Source: an uncultured Bacteroidota bacterium
GTDB lineage: Bacteria; Bacteroidota; Bacteroidia; Bacteroidales; GCA-2748055
Direction: 5' to 3'
DNA: 64,000 bases
Assembly: GCA_963735755.1 (NCBI GenBank)
Contig: CAVTME010000005.1
Span: 263,036 to 327,035 of the forward strand
Shown here one piece after another: positions 8,262 through 20,210 of the stretch. Each line of letters starts with the position of its first letter. Position 1 is the first letter of the stretch. The notes under the pieces were generated by a model, which searched no databases, was not told the DNA's origin, and worked only from the letters and a program-made list of their open reading frames with translations. A program made the position numbers and the translations under genes.

Positions 8262-10142
8262 TCAAGGAGTGGCTTTGTCTTTTCTGTCCAGGATCTTGTC
8301 CATCTGGTCCATGAGTTCGTTCATGGCTGCAATGGTGGAGGTGAACACTTCGGTCCCGGTCATATCCACACCGGCGATTTTAAGCAGATCAATGGGATCA
8401 TCAGATCCTCCGGCACTGATGAACTCGAGGTATCTTTCCCTGGCACCCTTTTCACCGTCCAGCAATCGTTTGGCCAGCGAGATGGAAGCTGTAAATGAAG
8501 TGCTGTACTGGTACACATAGTAGTTGTAGTAGAAATGTGGGATAAAGCCCCATTCCATATGAATGTAATCATCCACGTGGCATATTCCCTGGTCGTGACC
8601 ATAATACTTCCTGACAATCTCAAGATAGAGCTCTGAAAGGTATTTGCCTGTTAAGGGAATACCCTTTTCAACGGCTTCGTGAATCTTCAACTCATATTCG
8701 GCAAACTGAGTCTGGCGGAACAGGGTTCCTTTAAATCCATTGAGCCTGTCCATCAGGAGAGAAAGCTTGATGTCATCGTCAGTGATTTCATCGATGATGT
8801 AGTCAAACAGAAGCACTTCGTTGAAAGTGGATGCAACCTCTGCCACAAAGGTTGTGTACCTGGAAGTGGGGTAGGGTTGGGTCTTGTTGGAAAAATAGCT
8901 CTGCATGGTATGCCCCAATTCATGAGCCGTGGTACTCATGTCAGAATAGAGATCATTGTAGTTCAGTAGGATATAAGGATGCCCATCATAAAAAGCGCCG
9001 TTTGAATAGGCTCCTGAACTTTTCCCCTTGGAGGGATAGACATCAATCCACCGTTCATTAAATGCTTTCTCAACGGTTGCAATATATTCTTCGCCCAGGG
9101 GAGCCAGCGCTTTGAGCAGGATTTTCTGCGCTTCTTCGAAATCGTAAGTCAGATTCACATCTTTTACCACAGGGGCATAAAGATCCAGGTACTTCAATGT
9201 ATCCAGGCCCATCATTCGCTTCTTAATACCCAGGTAGCGGTGGAAAGGTGCCCAGGTTATCGTTTACTCCCTTTACCAGCGAATGATAAACATCTGTTGG
9301 AATATTGTTGGGGTACAATGCCCTCTCCAAGTGAAGAATTATAATTGTGCGCCTTGGACATGTACACATCCCTTTTAATACCCCCGTAAAGTAGTTCTCC
9401 CAGGGTGGCCTGGAAATTCTCAAGGTTTCCAAAAAAAGCTTCAAAAACCAGTGCCCTGTCCTCCCTGTTGGCTACTGCCCTGTATTTCCCAAATCCCGGG
9501 ACTGTCCAGAATTACACTTTCTCCGGTGCTGAGGGTTACTTCCGGATTTGGCATCTCTGCATTGGTGAAGGTACTGTATACCGACGAAGGGACTCCTGAA
9601 ACCATCCCTGACAGGGCGATAATTCTTCCTTCAGCTTCATCGGGGGTGTGTTGCTGCAGGCGAAACAGGTCGCTAAGTCCCTTTTCATAGGGTTTTAATA
9701 ATGGTTCTTCCTCTATGAATTCTTCAATGACTTCCCATTCAACAGACAGAATTTCCGGATCAATAAAAGAGGCTTTGGCTCCAAAACTGGAGAAGAGCTG
9801 CTGGACCTCCTGTCTCATCCCCAGGTAATGCATGTCGCGGGTGTCCAGGTCCGAGTGCATTCCGGCATAGATACTCAGCTTGATAGCCTCTTTGGAGATT
9901 TTTGTAGTGTACTCCATTGCTTTTAGCAACTGACCTGATGATTTGGTGAGGGTCCCTTTAAAGGATTCAACTTTGTCCAGCTCTTTGATCAATTGTTCCT
10001 TGGATTCTTGCCAGGCTTCATCGCTGGAATAGATATCAGTGAGATCCCACTTGTATTTATCCTCGATCTGATCCCTTTCAACCTGGGCCGGAAGGACAAA
10101 GAATAGGGTCAACATAGAAATGCAAAAGACAAGTTGTTTCAT
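8262..10142 (-). pseudogene. pepF: Oligoendopeptidase F (M3B), signal-peptide-bearing, frameshifted into 3 pieces
   Basis: Fragments are 9441..10142 (MKQLVFCISMLTLFFVLPAQ...), 9223..9444 and 8262..9215. The last carries the zinc motif TAHELGHTMQ. One junction reads ACCTTTCCACCGC where ACCTTTCACCGC would keep the frame. Confidence 0.8.
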
Positions 10143-10191
10143 TTTAATTCTGGTTTTAGTTTATAGTAAACGGTAAAATTTCATCCCTGAC

Positions 10192-10563
10192 TCAACTTTT
10201 TTCTAATAGTGCCATGGCAATGTATTCCCACTCTTCTTCCAGGGACAAATCTGGCATATTCTTCCCGGCGCTCCGGTACCAGTAGCCCGCATTTCCCCGA
10301 TCGCCCTCTTTTCTGTGCAGGTAGGCATGGACCCAGGATCCGTCCGGATTGTTTTCTCCCTGGGCAAGGTTGTGCGCGCTGTCCCAGTCTCCTGCGGCGT
10401 CCAGCAGAAGTGCCTGGAGAAGGGGAGGGATGTCCTCCGGAACTGATCCGGTGTCTTTCATATTCAGAAAATCTTCAAATGCTATCATGCGCGAAAGTAT
10501 TTCATGAAGGTGAAATTCCTCCTTTAAAGGTAAAAAAAAAGAAGGACCTTTTCCACCCTTCAA
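10192..10563 (-). CDS. Conserved hypothetical small protein
   Basis: Intact ORF of 123 aa; the real start may be the internal MIAFEDF. Motif WVHAYLHRKEGDRGNAGYWYRSAG. I cannot name the family. Confidence 0.45.
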   Translation of the reverse strand: MKGGKGPSFFLPLKEEFHLHEILSRMIAFEDFLNMKDTGSVPEDIPPLLQALLLDAAGDWDSAHNLAQGENNPDGSWVHAYLHRKEGDRGNAGYWYRSAGKNMPDLSLEEEWEYIAMALLEKS

Positions 10564-10663
10564 ATCATAGTTTCAGGTCCACATTTCCGGGTATAAAGGA
10601 TAGTTTTGATATTCATCAGATAGTTGGTCTCCTTTTTTTATATTTACACAAAATAATACACCC

Positions 10664-11836
10664 ATGATCGATTCTTTCCAATTCTCATCATTGCCGGAAA
10701 TCCGTTTCGGGAGGGGAAAGCGAAATGATTTGGCTGAAGCAGTTAAAATGCATGGAAAAAATGTGCTGCTGCTCACCGGATCGTCATCCATTCACAATTC
10801 CGGTCATGGCGATGAGATTATGTCCGGACTGAAAGAAGCTGGCCTCAATCTGTATCATGAAGTGATAGCCCATGAACCTTCTCCTTCCCTTGTGGATGAA
10901 ATTGCTGACAGGAACAGGGCTCATGAGATTGATGTGGTTGTGGCTGTGGGTGGCGGAAGCGTCATGGACGCAGGAAAGGCAATTTCGGCTATGATTCCGG
11001 TTGAAGGCAGCATCAGGGAGTATCTGGAAGGAATTGGGAACAGGGAACATCCAGGTCATAAAATTCCTTTTATCGCCATGCCCACAACATCAGGAACGGG
11101 AAGTGAGATGACAAAAAATGCTGTGATTTCAGAAGTGGGGGATCAGGGTTTTAAAAAGTCACTTCGCCACAATAATTTTATTCCCGAGATGGCCATTATT
11201 GATCCTGAAATGATGCTCTCATGCCCGACCCGCCTTACAGCCACTGCAGGGATGGATGCCTTTACACAACTCCTTGAATCATATGTGTCAAAGCAGGCCA
11301 ATCCAATGACTGATGCCTTGGCTTTGCAGGGGCTGAAGCAGATTAAAAAATACCTTTTAAGGGCCTTCCTTGAAGGTGAGAATAACATTGAGGCCAGATC
11401 AGGAATGGCGCTGGCAGCCATGTTTTCAGGTGATTACACTTGCTCATGCCGGTTTGGGACTCGTCCATGGATTTGCATCGCCCCTGGGTGGCTATTTCCA
11501 CATCCCCACGGGGTAGTTTGTGGTTCCCTGATGGCACCGGTCTTTGCCCATACCATTGATAACCTGATTGATCAGCCTGGATAATCCGGCCCTCCAAAAA
11601 CTGGTCATTGTAAGCAAGGTTTTCGCAGATTTCAAATATAAGAAAGAGCAGAATATTTGCAGGCATTTAAGGAGAAGCTGTTTCACATCACCAGCCTTCT
11701 GGAAGTCCCGGGATTTGCTGAATTTGGTTTCACAGAAGCATCTATACCGAAAATTATTGAAAACACTTCGCATAAATCCCATCCTGTACTACTGACTCCC
11801 AAACAGATGGAAGATTCTTTAAGAAGCAGGATTTAG
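10664..11836 (+). pseudogene. Iron-containing alcohol dehydrogenase, frameshifted near the C-terminus
   Basis: ORF 10664..11584 has GGGSVMDAGKAIS and the Fe-ADH core. The authentic C-terminus (GFTEASIPKIIENTSHKSHPVLLTPKQMEDSLRSRI*) is in another frame and ends at TAG 11834-11836. Confidence 0.75.
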
Positions 11837-11880
11837 ATTGAAGTGGATTGTATCCCCCAGTGATTTCACACTTTTCGGAT

Positions 11881-12312
11881 TCAAAGCAGAAGAAGTGTTC
11901 CAGGATGTGTTTCCTTTCGGTAATCTCCAGTCCGAGAACCAGGCAATTCCTGATCAAATTCCAGTGTAAGCCATACCTCGGGATTTGTAAAAGGATTTAG
12001 CGTGGGATCATAATTGATGGTGGTTCCATCCTTATAGAATTTGATAGGGTCGTCATCATGATCCTTGATATAGACGATCAGACTGTCATAGTAGAAAGAG
12101 AAATAGTCATAACCATCCAGACAATCACAGCTTATGGAATAAAACTCATTGGTAAAACCAGGCTGGATCCAGTCACCATCTGTAAATTCTGAAGAATAGG
12201 GTAGTGCATAAATGGAAATCCCGGTATCATTGTGGATTGAGATATAGGATAATTCCTCATCCATACATCCGTAAGAAAGAACAAGTATGCCTATAAATAA
12301 GAAGCCTTTCAT
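11881..12312 (-). CDS. Hypothetical lipoprotein
   Basis: 143 aa, with lipobox-like MKGFLFIGILVLSYGC. Its ATG directly abuts the TAA of the upstream MarC gene. Confidence 0.5.
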   Translation of the reverse strand: MKGFLFIGILVLSYGCMDEELSYISIHNDTGISIYALPYSSEFTDGDWIQPGFTNEFYSISCDCLDGYDYFSFYYDSLIVYIKDHDDDPIKFYKDGTTINYDPTLNPFTNPEVWLTLEFDQELPGSRTGDYRKETHPGTLLLL

Positions 12313-12909
12313 TTACATCCCTTTAGGTACCTCAATCCCTGTATTTGACAAAAATAACTTAATGGCAATGGCCAAGCAAGATGATGCCGAAGAATTTCCT
12401 CAGAATATGTAATCCATTGGGCCCGAGTATATCTTTCAAACAAGGTTGTGAGTCGGAGGACAAGATACACAATAATCATATTCAATGAAAGTGCGATAAG
12501 AATATTTATTGAATGATACTCAGCCCGTAGTGAAAGCAAGGTGGTGATGGAACCTGCTCCGGCAATCAGGGGAAAGGCAATGGGTACGATGGGCCCCACC
12601 ACCTCCATCCGAATCATGTTTAAAGAGTTGGATCCCAAGAACCATTTCAATTCCCATCAGGAACAGTATGACAGAACCGGCAATGGCAAATGAAGAGATA
12701 TCCACACCGAAAACGCCCAGCAAAGGTTCGCCGATAAAGAGAAACAGCAACATGATCGCGTAGGCCACAAGGGTGGTCTTTCCTGGATAAAGGGCTCCGG
12801 TTTTGGTTTTGACATCCAGGATGATCGGAATGGATCCAAGAATATCAATGATGGCAAACAGCACCATGAATGCTGCCAGGATTTCCATAATGTTGAGATG
12901 CATGATCAT
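12313..12909 (-). pseudogene. MarC family (UPF0056) membrane protein, at least 2 frameshifts
   Basis: Fragments are 12520..12909 (MEILAAFMVLFAIIDILGSIPIILD) and 12309..12650. The true C-terminus KDILGPNGLHILRKFFGIILLAIAIKLFLSNTGIEVPKGM* is in a third frame and ends at TAA 12313-12315. Confidence 0.7.
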
Positions 12910-13042
12910 TCAGTTTTATTCGGCCTGCAAATATCTGATTTTTTTCAGGATAAGAATCAGAAATCAGGCAATCCTTTTACTTTTCTTTTGTTAAACATAG
13001 ACATGGCAAACCTGAACGTTACTTTTGCATGGTGTTAGCCAC

Positions 13043-13753
13043 TTAATACTTGCCATGTTTACTGTTGTTCAGAATTTTGCGTGACAAGCCATGGGCTAAC
13101 GCGTTCCGCCGGATCTGCCAGAATATGAAATATCTTTCAATGCATTCCCGTTTCTTTCCGGTTCTTTGCGTAGTGGTTCCAAGCAGCATGTCAGTCACCA
13201 ACCATTCCCGGACTGATGCTTCCAATCCTGACTGGAGCGGTTTTATACTCCTTGATCAGGGACCTGGTAAAATAGCTTACAGCGTTTTTGGATGTTCCAT
13301 ATACACTCATACCATTATGGTCCTGCCGTCACTTCCAAATCCCTCCATATTATAGATGCTCCCTGTCCCTGTTTCAGCATCCCTTCGATGGCTACCTTGA
13401 TCCCAATACAGTACCTTTAATGTTGGTTTCGATTACATTCGAAAGCGATTGTTGCGTCCAGTTCATGGAAAGGATCTCCCGGGTGATTAATGCCCGCATT
13501 GTTGATCCAGATATCCACAGGTCCGGTTTGGATGCAAAAATCCATAGCGCCTGCAGATCCTTTCATTTGCGTACGTCACAAACAATCCCGGAAACCAGCT
13601 TGCTTCCACTTTCAGAACCGAGCAGGTCAATGGCCTTATTGAGAGCCTCCGCATTGCGGGAGCTTACAACCACCCTGCATCCCGTTTCAGGAACTCCAGA
13701 GCCAGGGCTCTGCCGATCCCGCGCGAAGATCCTGTAATTACAATGTTTTTCAA
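13043..13753 (-). pseudogene. Short-chain dehydrogenase/reductase (SDR), heavily frameshifted
   Basis: KNIVITGSSRGIGRALALEF (TGxxxGIG), NNAGI, YGTSKNAV (YxxxK) and a C-terminal piece at 13043..13225 are spread over all three minus frames. Confidence 0.7.
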
Positions 13754-13766
13754 TTCGTATCAAGTT

Positions 13767-14363
13767 CTATCCTTTGGTTTTTATGGTACATCCAATGGCC
13801 TTGGTAGTGGCAGGATCTGGGTTTCTCTCCCGATCGACAGTCGGCAATGGCATCTTCCAGGTAAGTTTGCACGACAGCAGCTGCATCCATGGCATTGTCA
13901 TCGATGGCGCCAATATAAGCACTTTAAATTTTTCCCTTTTTTTTCGAGCAGAAAAATATGTGGTGTCCGGGTGGCTCCATAGGCCTTATATACTTCCTGG
14001 GTCTCATCTTTCAGATAGGGAAAGGGATACTTCTTTCTCTAGCCCGCGCTTTCATCTTTTCAAAAGTATCATCCGGAGATATTTCATCATCATTGGGATT
14101 GATGGCTACCACCGGAAAACCCTGTTCAGCATATTTTTGATGCAGTTGAATGATCCGCTGTTCATAGGCTTTTGCAAAGGGGCAGGGATTGCATGTAAAT
14201 ACAAGAATGACTCCCTTCTGATCATTGTAGTCGGATAGTGAAACCTCCGTTCCGTCCACGTTTATCAGTGTGAATTCCTCGGCCGTATCCCCTGGTTTTA
14301 AGCCTGCATGGATCATCAAAATTCCTGCAAGGGCCAGACCTGTGTTAATAGTACTTTTTTCAT
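13767..14363 (-). pseudogene. Thioredoxin-fold (redoxin/AhpC-TSA-like) protein, frameshifted
   Basis: The core is ORF 14011..14319 (VILVFTCNPCPFAKAY, a CxxC motif). The N-terminal signal MKK(S)TINTGLALAGIL is out of frame because of an A6 run (A7 would restore it). The C-terminus ...AIGCTIKTKG* is in another frame, with its stop at 13767-13769. Confidence 0.7.
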
Positions 14364-14364
14364 A

Positions 14365-14842
14365 TCAATTCATTATTTGTTTTACATGTGATCGTAATTC
14401 TTCTCTGGTGAGCTCCTGTTCCAGGAAGATCCGCTGATCTTTCTTGTAGATCAGTGTGGCGGGGATAGCCCCCGACCAGGAAGGATCTACCTGGTCAATC
14501 CAGTCATTATAGTTGAGGTCTGTCATCAGCAATACAGGTGCTGTGATCTCTTTTTCTGTCAGAAACGAGCTCCCTTTTGCTGCCTGGTTTGGAAAATCCA
14601 GGCTCACCAGAATACATTCACCGGATTTTGACGTATAGACGGTGTAACTCCTCAAAATAGCTGATCTCTTTGACACAGGGAGAACACCATGTAGCCCAGA
14701 AATTCACCACATAGGTGGTATCATTTTTCATTCCGGTTATTAGCAAAAGTTGCTCTGTGTCAATTTCAGAGTATGACTGGCCGTCTACCCGGACGGAGGT
14801 CATGATAAATAGCAGGAGTAAAACAGCAATGTTTTTCATCAT
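14365..14842 (-). pseudogene. TlpA-family thiol:disulfide oxidoreductase, one frameshift
   Basis: Fragments are 14618..14842 (signal peptide, then NFWATWCSPCVKE) and 14365..14676. Its stop TGA is 1 nt from the ATG of the next thioredoxin-fold gene. Confidence 0.75.
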
Positions 14843-14863
14843 ATATTAAACAGATAAGGACAG

Positions 14864-14903
14864 TCAATTGTTTGTTCTCTGAAGCAGTCGTTTAAACAAT
14901 TGA
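14864..14903. promoter_or_regulatory. Perfect 10-bp inverted repeat TCAATTGTTT-N20-AAACAATTGA in a divergent promoter gap
   Basis: Read directly at 14864-14873 and 14894-14903, between the TlpA start (14842, minus strand) and the start of the thioredoxin-fold gene (14952, plus strand). Confidence 0.35.
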
Positions 14904-14951
14904 TGGTTTTATTTGTAGTATTATTTTACTTTAACCTTTAACCTTTCTATT

Positions 14952-15527
14952 ATGGGATTTACATTAGATATTGGCAATCTGCACCTGACTTCAAACTTCC
15001 TGCAACAGATGGCAACACCTATTCACTATCTGATTTCAAGGAAGATTTCTGGTCATATTCTTTACCTGTAATCATTGTCCATATGTAATTGGTTCGGATG
15101 AAGTAACCAGGGCTTCGGCAGAGAAATTTGCAGAGCAAGGGAGTTAAGATTTATAGGGATTAACTCCAACAGTGCGAATACCTATCAATCAGACGATTTT
15201 CCGCATATGGTAAAACGGATGAATGAGCACAAGTTTCCCTGGATATACCTTTATGATGAGAGCCAGGAAGTGGCAAGGCCTACGGGGCCTTGCGCACACC
15301 TCATTTCTATGTGTTTGACAGTGAACGAAACTAGTTTACACAGGCAGGGCAGTAGATCAACCCAGAGATCATCCCGGATCACTGTGAATGATCTGGACAG
15401 GGCTTTGGAAGAATTTCATCGGGAAAACAGGTCTCTGTACCCGGTCACAAATCCCATTGGATGCAATGTTAAATGGGAAGGAAAGGAGCACACTGGATGC
15501 CGGCTGATGCCTGCGATCTTGGTCTGA
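14952..15527 (+). pseudogene. Thioredoxin-fold protein (paralog of 13767..14363), multiple frameshifts
   Basis: MGFTLDIGN..., [10 protein letters not shown] (CxxC) and ORF 15207..15527 ([14 protein letters not shown]...NPIGCNVKW) are spread over three frames. Confidence 0.65.
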
Positions 15528-16044
15528 TCAGGCAGAGTAGACCTTCCGGATTTGCTTTTTTCCCAGGTGGATCCTGCTTTTTACTGTTCCGATGGGAATA
15601 TCCATATGTTTGGCGATCTCTTTGTATGAGTAGCCTGATAAGAGCATTGAATGGGTTTTCATATACACCTGGGAGCAAGTTGACCATTTCCCGTAGTTCT
15701 TTCTTCAGTAGCATTTCATCAGGAAGAGATTTCCACGGTCTTCATTTGATGTCGGAGTATACATTTAATTCGTCTGTATCATAGACCAGTTGCCGGTAGT
15801 GACTGCTTCTCAGGTAGTTAATATAGGTATTCTTAAGAATGGTATAAAGCCAGGCCCTGATGTGATCATTGTTGTGCAACCGTTTCTTATTTTTCAGGGC
15901 TTTATAACTGGTTTCCTGAACAAGGTCCAGGGCATCTTCCCTGTCCTCGGTAAGTTGCAGGGCATAATAATACAGATTATCCTGCATCTGGACCAGGTCC
16001 GATGCAAAATGATCCCTGTAATCGCTATATGCATGGCCTTTCAT
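15528..16044 (-). pseudogene. ECF-type RNA polymerase sigma-70 factor, frameshifted
   Basis: Region 2 lies in ORF 15742..16044 (DLVQETSYKALKN...WLYTILKNTYINYLR). Region 4, GYSYKEIAKHMDIPIGTVKSRIHLGKKQIRKVYSA*, is in another frame with its stop at 15528-15530. Confidence 0.75.
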
Positions 16045-16145
16045 AAGGGCAATGTGATTTTCTAGTGTAATTTACCAAATAATCAGATACAGTTCAAGTG
16101 GTTATCAACATGTTTTCATTCAGCCGTCCCATCGTTTCAAGTCAA

Positions 16146-17087
16146 TTAGCGTGCCTTCTGGTAAATCTCAATATTACGTGCGATCTTTTCCACAAGGAGT
16201 TCCCGGGATTCTTTTGAGGCCCAGGCCATATGCGGAGTAATCAGGATTTTCTCCTTGTCATATAATTTCAACATGGGATTGTTAGCGTTGATGGGCTCAT
16301 GCTCCATGACATCTAATGCCAGCCGCTCCAATGAGATTGTCGTTCAGTGCCCTGGCCAGGTCCTTTTCATTAATAATACCGCCCCTTCCAAGGTTCAGCA
16401 GGATGGCACATGGCCTCATCAATTTGATCTTTTCATAGGTAATCAGATCCCTGGTCTGGTTATTCAGTGGTGCATGAATGGATACCACATCCGAGCTTTT
16501 CAGCAGATCGTCCAGATCAAACCGTTTATAACTGATGTGGTTGTTCCTTCCGGAGGTGGAATAAAATACCACATCCATACCGAATGATTCAGCAATACGT
16601 GCCACCTGCCTGCCAATGGTCCCAAGTCCGATAATTCCCATCCGCTTCCCTTTTAACTCCCAGAAAGGTTCATTGTGGTGTGTAAACGAATACTTCTTGA
16701 GTAGGCCCCGCTTTTTACATAACTGTCATAGTAATAGGGCTTGTTGACCAGGTACAGCAGCATGGTAAAGGTGAGCTGGGCTACGGAATCGGTGGAATAG
16801 CCCGCCACATTTTTCACTTCAATGCCATTGTTTCCGGCATAGTTCAGATCCACATTGTTGATTCCTGTGGCAGCCACACATATCAGTTTAAGATCAGGCA
16901 GTTGTTTCATGATATCAGCTGTCATTTTCACCTTGTTTACAATCACGATCTCTTTCCCTGTGCATCTTTCAACCACCTGGTCGGGATTGGTGGTCTCATG
17001 GATTTCGAGATTGCCCCGTTTGGAGAGCAATTTTATGTTATCCACTTTACCGATGGTTTCCGAATCGAGAAATACAATATGATCCAT
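16146..17087 (-). pseudogene. D-isomer-specific 2-hydroxyacid dehydrogenase (glycerate dehydrogenase-like), 2 frameshifts
   Basis: Fragments are 16653..17087, 16297..16641 (GIIGLGTIGRQVARIAESFGM, the NAD fold) and 16146..16331 (ITPHMAWAS). Confidence 0.8.
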
Positions 17088-17217
17088 GCTCCTGTAGAAT
17101 TATGTGAATAGTAAACGAAACTATTACTGGTAAACACTCCCCAGGATAATTTGGTTCATTGGTTAAGGATTGTTAAATGCTTTCGCAGGAAGAACAAAAT
17201 TAGATACATTTAAACAT

Positions 17218-18009
17218 ATGTATTTCAGAAGGACCATTTTATCCTGCTCATTCTTTTCTTTTGTTCATCTGCTTTGTTCAGGGGCAGGACCGATTCGGTT
17301 TTTATTCTGACCGGCACTGTTTACAATGGTTCTTACCAGTCGGTACCTGCCACCCATGTGATCAATCTGAATTCCCATGCAGGCGACGTTTCAGACAGCC
17401 TGGGTATCTTCAGATTCCTGTAGCAAAAGAATGACACATTGCTTTTCAGGAATATAGTGTATCTGGATACCATTGTTCCGGTGGCACTGATCCTTCGCAA
17501 AAGGTATATCACACTCAGAGAGGCTTATTATCCCCTGGAGGAGGTGCTTATTTTTGAATGGGGATCCACCTATGGGGATTTCAGGAAGGCAATCATTGAA
17601 ATGCCCAACCAGCAAACCTTTGGCGAATCCATGGGGCTCCCCCGTCAGGATCCCGATTACATTCCCTATGATATGAATGAATCATCGCTGAAAAGTGCTG
17701 CATTTCTTTTTACCTCTCCGGTATCCTATTTATACCACAAATACAGCAAACTGGAAAAATCAAAAAGGAAGGTGTACTGGCTTGAGAAGAACCGTGAAAA
17801 GCATGAAGTTTTTGATGCCATCATCAGTCCGGAAAGCATATCGGAGATATGCGGACTCAGCAGGTGAACCACTCATGGAATTCATGGCCTATCTGTTCCA
17901 GAGAATGGTATGTGATTTCAATGCACGGAATATAGGGTCTATTCAGAAATCCATAGCCATTGGGAGGTATTCCAGGAGCTTCAGCACCTGGAAAACAAGG
18001 GAAAAGTAG
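17218..18009 (+). pseudogene. Hypothetical secreted protein, frameshifted
   Basis: An N-terminal signal-like segment starts at ATG 17218. The body is ORF 17439..17867 and the tail is in the frame of 17695..18009. No motif recognised. Confidence 0.4.
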
Positions 18010-18047
18010 AAAGGTGAAAGTAGAAAGATCTTTTACCTTTCACCTTT
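18010..18047. terminator. Hairpin between convergent genes (AAAGGTGAAAG-N16-CTTTCACCTTT)
   Basis: An 11-bp perfect inverted repeat, read directly. A/T-rich flanks on both sides. Confidence 0.5.
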
Positions 18048-19605
18048 ATCCTCGAACAACTTTTTGTTCGTCCTTGTCCCAGAATACAGTTTTGTTTTCT
18101 CTGTAAGCCATTGTGGCCATGGCGGCTGTGATGCCCTCCTCAAAAGCCTGGTCAATATCACAGCTGGGTTGTTTTCCTTCCCTGATCGCTTCAATCCATT
18201 CAGCTATATGAAGGTGGGTGGTATCCACTCTGCGACCGTTCCTGTAGGTATAAAGCAAGCCCCTGCTGGCAAAATACTGCTCGGTAGCTGTGGCCACAGA
18301 ATCCACATTTTTCCGTCCCGGAATATAGGTGTAGATGGGTAGGTTGGGATCAATGAGTCCATTCTTAATCTGCTCTTTGTACCGGGTACTTTCTCTGCAG
18401 GCATAGATGCTCAGACTGTTGCCCATCTCCATGGAGGCATCATGGCCCATGATTACTTTGCCCCGGTCCCGGTTATTGGCCAGTGAAGCACTGTACATCA
18501 GCGTAAAGTCCAGGTGGGGATATTCCAGCACAGCATTCCAGACGTCGGGTACCTCCCTGACCTCATTTACATAGTGTTCCTTTTCTTTGAAAAAATAGAC
18601 ACCACCAGAGGAGACAGCTGATGCGGGGATTCCCATCCCCAGAATCTGGTTTACTGCATCATACTCATGGGTGAGCAGGTCGCCGGAAAGGCCGGTTCCG
18701 TAATCCCACCAGCACCTCCAGCGGAAAAATCGTTCAGGACTCCAGGAATGCTTGTTATCGCAGGGTTCCTCAAACTTTGCCCAGTCCACCGTTTTCTCAT
18801 TGGCGTCCGGATGAATGTCATACACCCAGGCACCGTTGGGGGAGTTCCGGTTGGTGCAAACCTCCACCAGGTTAATTTTGCCCAGCAGGTTTTTATCCAC
18901 TGCCTCCTTCGCCTTGATGTAGCTTTCAGTCTGCCTTCCCTGGTGTCCAAGCTGATAGGTAATCCCGCTCTCCTTCACTGCATCCCGGACAGCATAGACT
19001 TCTCCAAGGGTTCTGGTAAAACCTTTTTCACCATACACATGCTTCCCGGCCTTTGCAGCATCTATGGTCATTTGTGCATGCCAGTGGTCGGGGGCAGCAA
19101 TGATCACTGCATCAATGTCATCGGCAGCCAGCATCTCCTTGTAATTCCTGTATCGTTTCGGAGAAGGCCCCATGGTACCGCCAGTTGCTTCTCTTCCCGT
19201 GTTTGCTGCAGCAGCCACGGCCCTTTCCGCATGGGTGTCAAAGAGGTCGCAAACGCCTGTAATCTTCACGTTTAGATCCTCCTGTTGCAGGAACTCTTCA
19301 TACCTTTTATTCCTGGAATCCTTCTCTCCGGCCTCTTTCCATTCCCTGATGGTTTCAGGTTGTACAAATCCGGCTGCTTTCATCAACTGGGTTCCCCGGA
19401 TCCCATATCCGATGATTCCGATTCTGACCGCATCACCGTCATGTTTGTAAGGGTTGAATTCAAGACTTTTGTTGCTCATGCCGAGCTCCTTGGCCAGCCT
19501 GTGGCTTTTGATATGGTCCTGCCTGCGTTTTCTGAATGTTCCGTATGCCATTGCTCCAAGTACGGGAACGGTGGCAAGTCCTTTGATCAGATCCCTTCTG
19601 TTCAT
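18046..19605 (-). CDS. Gfo/Idh/MocA family oxidoreductase with Tat signal
   Basis: 519 aa, intact. Has the twin-arginine motif MNRRDLIKGLATVPVLGAMA and the Rossmann motif VRIGIIGYGIRG. Confidence 0.85.
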   Translation of the reverse strand: MNRRDLIKGLATVPVLGAMAYGTFRKRRQDHIKSHRLAKELGMSNKSLEFNPYKHDGDAVRIGIIGYGIRGTQLMKAAGFVQPETIREWKEAGEKDSRNKRYEEFLQQEDLNVKITGVCDLFDTHAERAVAAAANTGREATGGTMGPSPKRYRNYKEMLAADDIDAVIIAAPDHWHAQMTIDAAKAGKHVYGEKGFTRTLGEVYAVRDAVKESGITYQLGHQGRQTESYIKAKEAVDKNLLGKINLVEVCTNRNSPNGAWVYDIHPDANEKTVDWAKFEEPCDNKHSWSPERFFRWRCWWDYGTGLSGDLLTHEYDAVNQILGMGIPASAVSSGGVYFFKEKEHYVNEVREVPDVWNAVLEYPHLDFTLMYSASLANNRDRGKVIMGHDASMEMGNSLSIYACRESTRYKEQIKNGLIDPNLPIYTYIPGRKNVDSVATATEQYFASRGLLYTYRNGRRVDTTHLHIAEWIEAIREGKQPSCDIDQAFEEGITAAMATMAYRENKTVFWDKDEQKVVRG

Positions 19606-19630
19606 TTTATAATCTTTTACCTTTATAATT

Positions 19631-20103
19631 CTACTTCTTTAATACAAACCGGTCCAAACCGACTATTTTCCAGGTAGGAAACAAAACGATGACCCAGAGG
19701 GTAAGCAATTCCAACAGGTTCTTATTGATCCAGAGGTAACTGCCCTCACTGGGAATGGCGTATGTAACGCCGATGATCGCCGGGTGCGAGAGATAGTAAA
19801 AAGCCAGCAATACCATACCGGCTATGGAAGCAACCCGGGTAAACAGTCCCACGATCAGTCCGGCCCCCACAAGGACCAAACCCCAGACATTCAAAAATCC
19901 ATCACGTTCAATAAGGCTGCATTCCCCGCGATGGAGTGAAACATCCCTTCAAAAAGCCCTTTTGAATCCATCAGGTAGCCCAGGGAGGACCAGTCAGGAT
20001 TCAACAGTTTGGTGATTCCTTCATAGAGGAAATGCCAGCCAATGGCTACACGGAGGATCACCAGTGCCCACAGTTGCCATCCGCTTAAGTTTTTATTAGT
20101 CAT
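19631..20103 (-). pseudogene. DoxX family membrane protein, one frameshift
   Basis: Fragments 19891..20103 (LRVAIGWHFLYEGITKL) and 19631..19894 join at about 19894. Confidence 0.7.
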
Positions 20104-20210
20104 GATATGTGATGCTTGATTGTCACTTTGGTTTTCAAAAAGACGAAAATAGCAATTCCTGGTAAAGTTTCTTCCGTTCTTTTCAAAAAAGAGTCCAATG
20201 ATTTGTTCAG

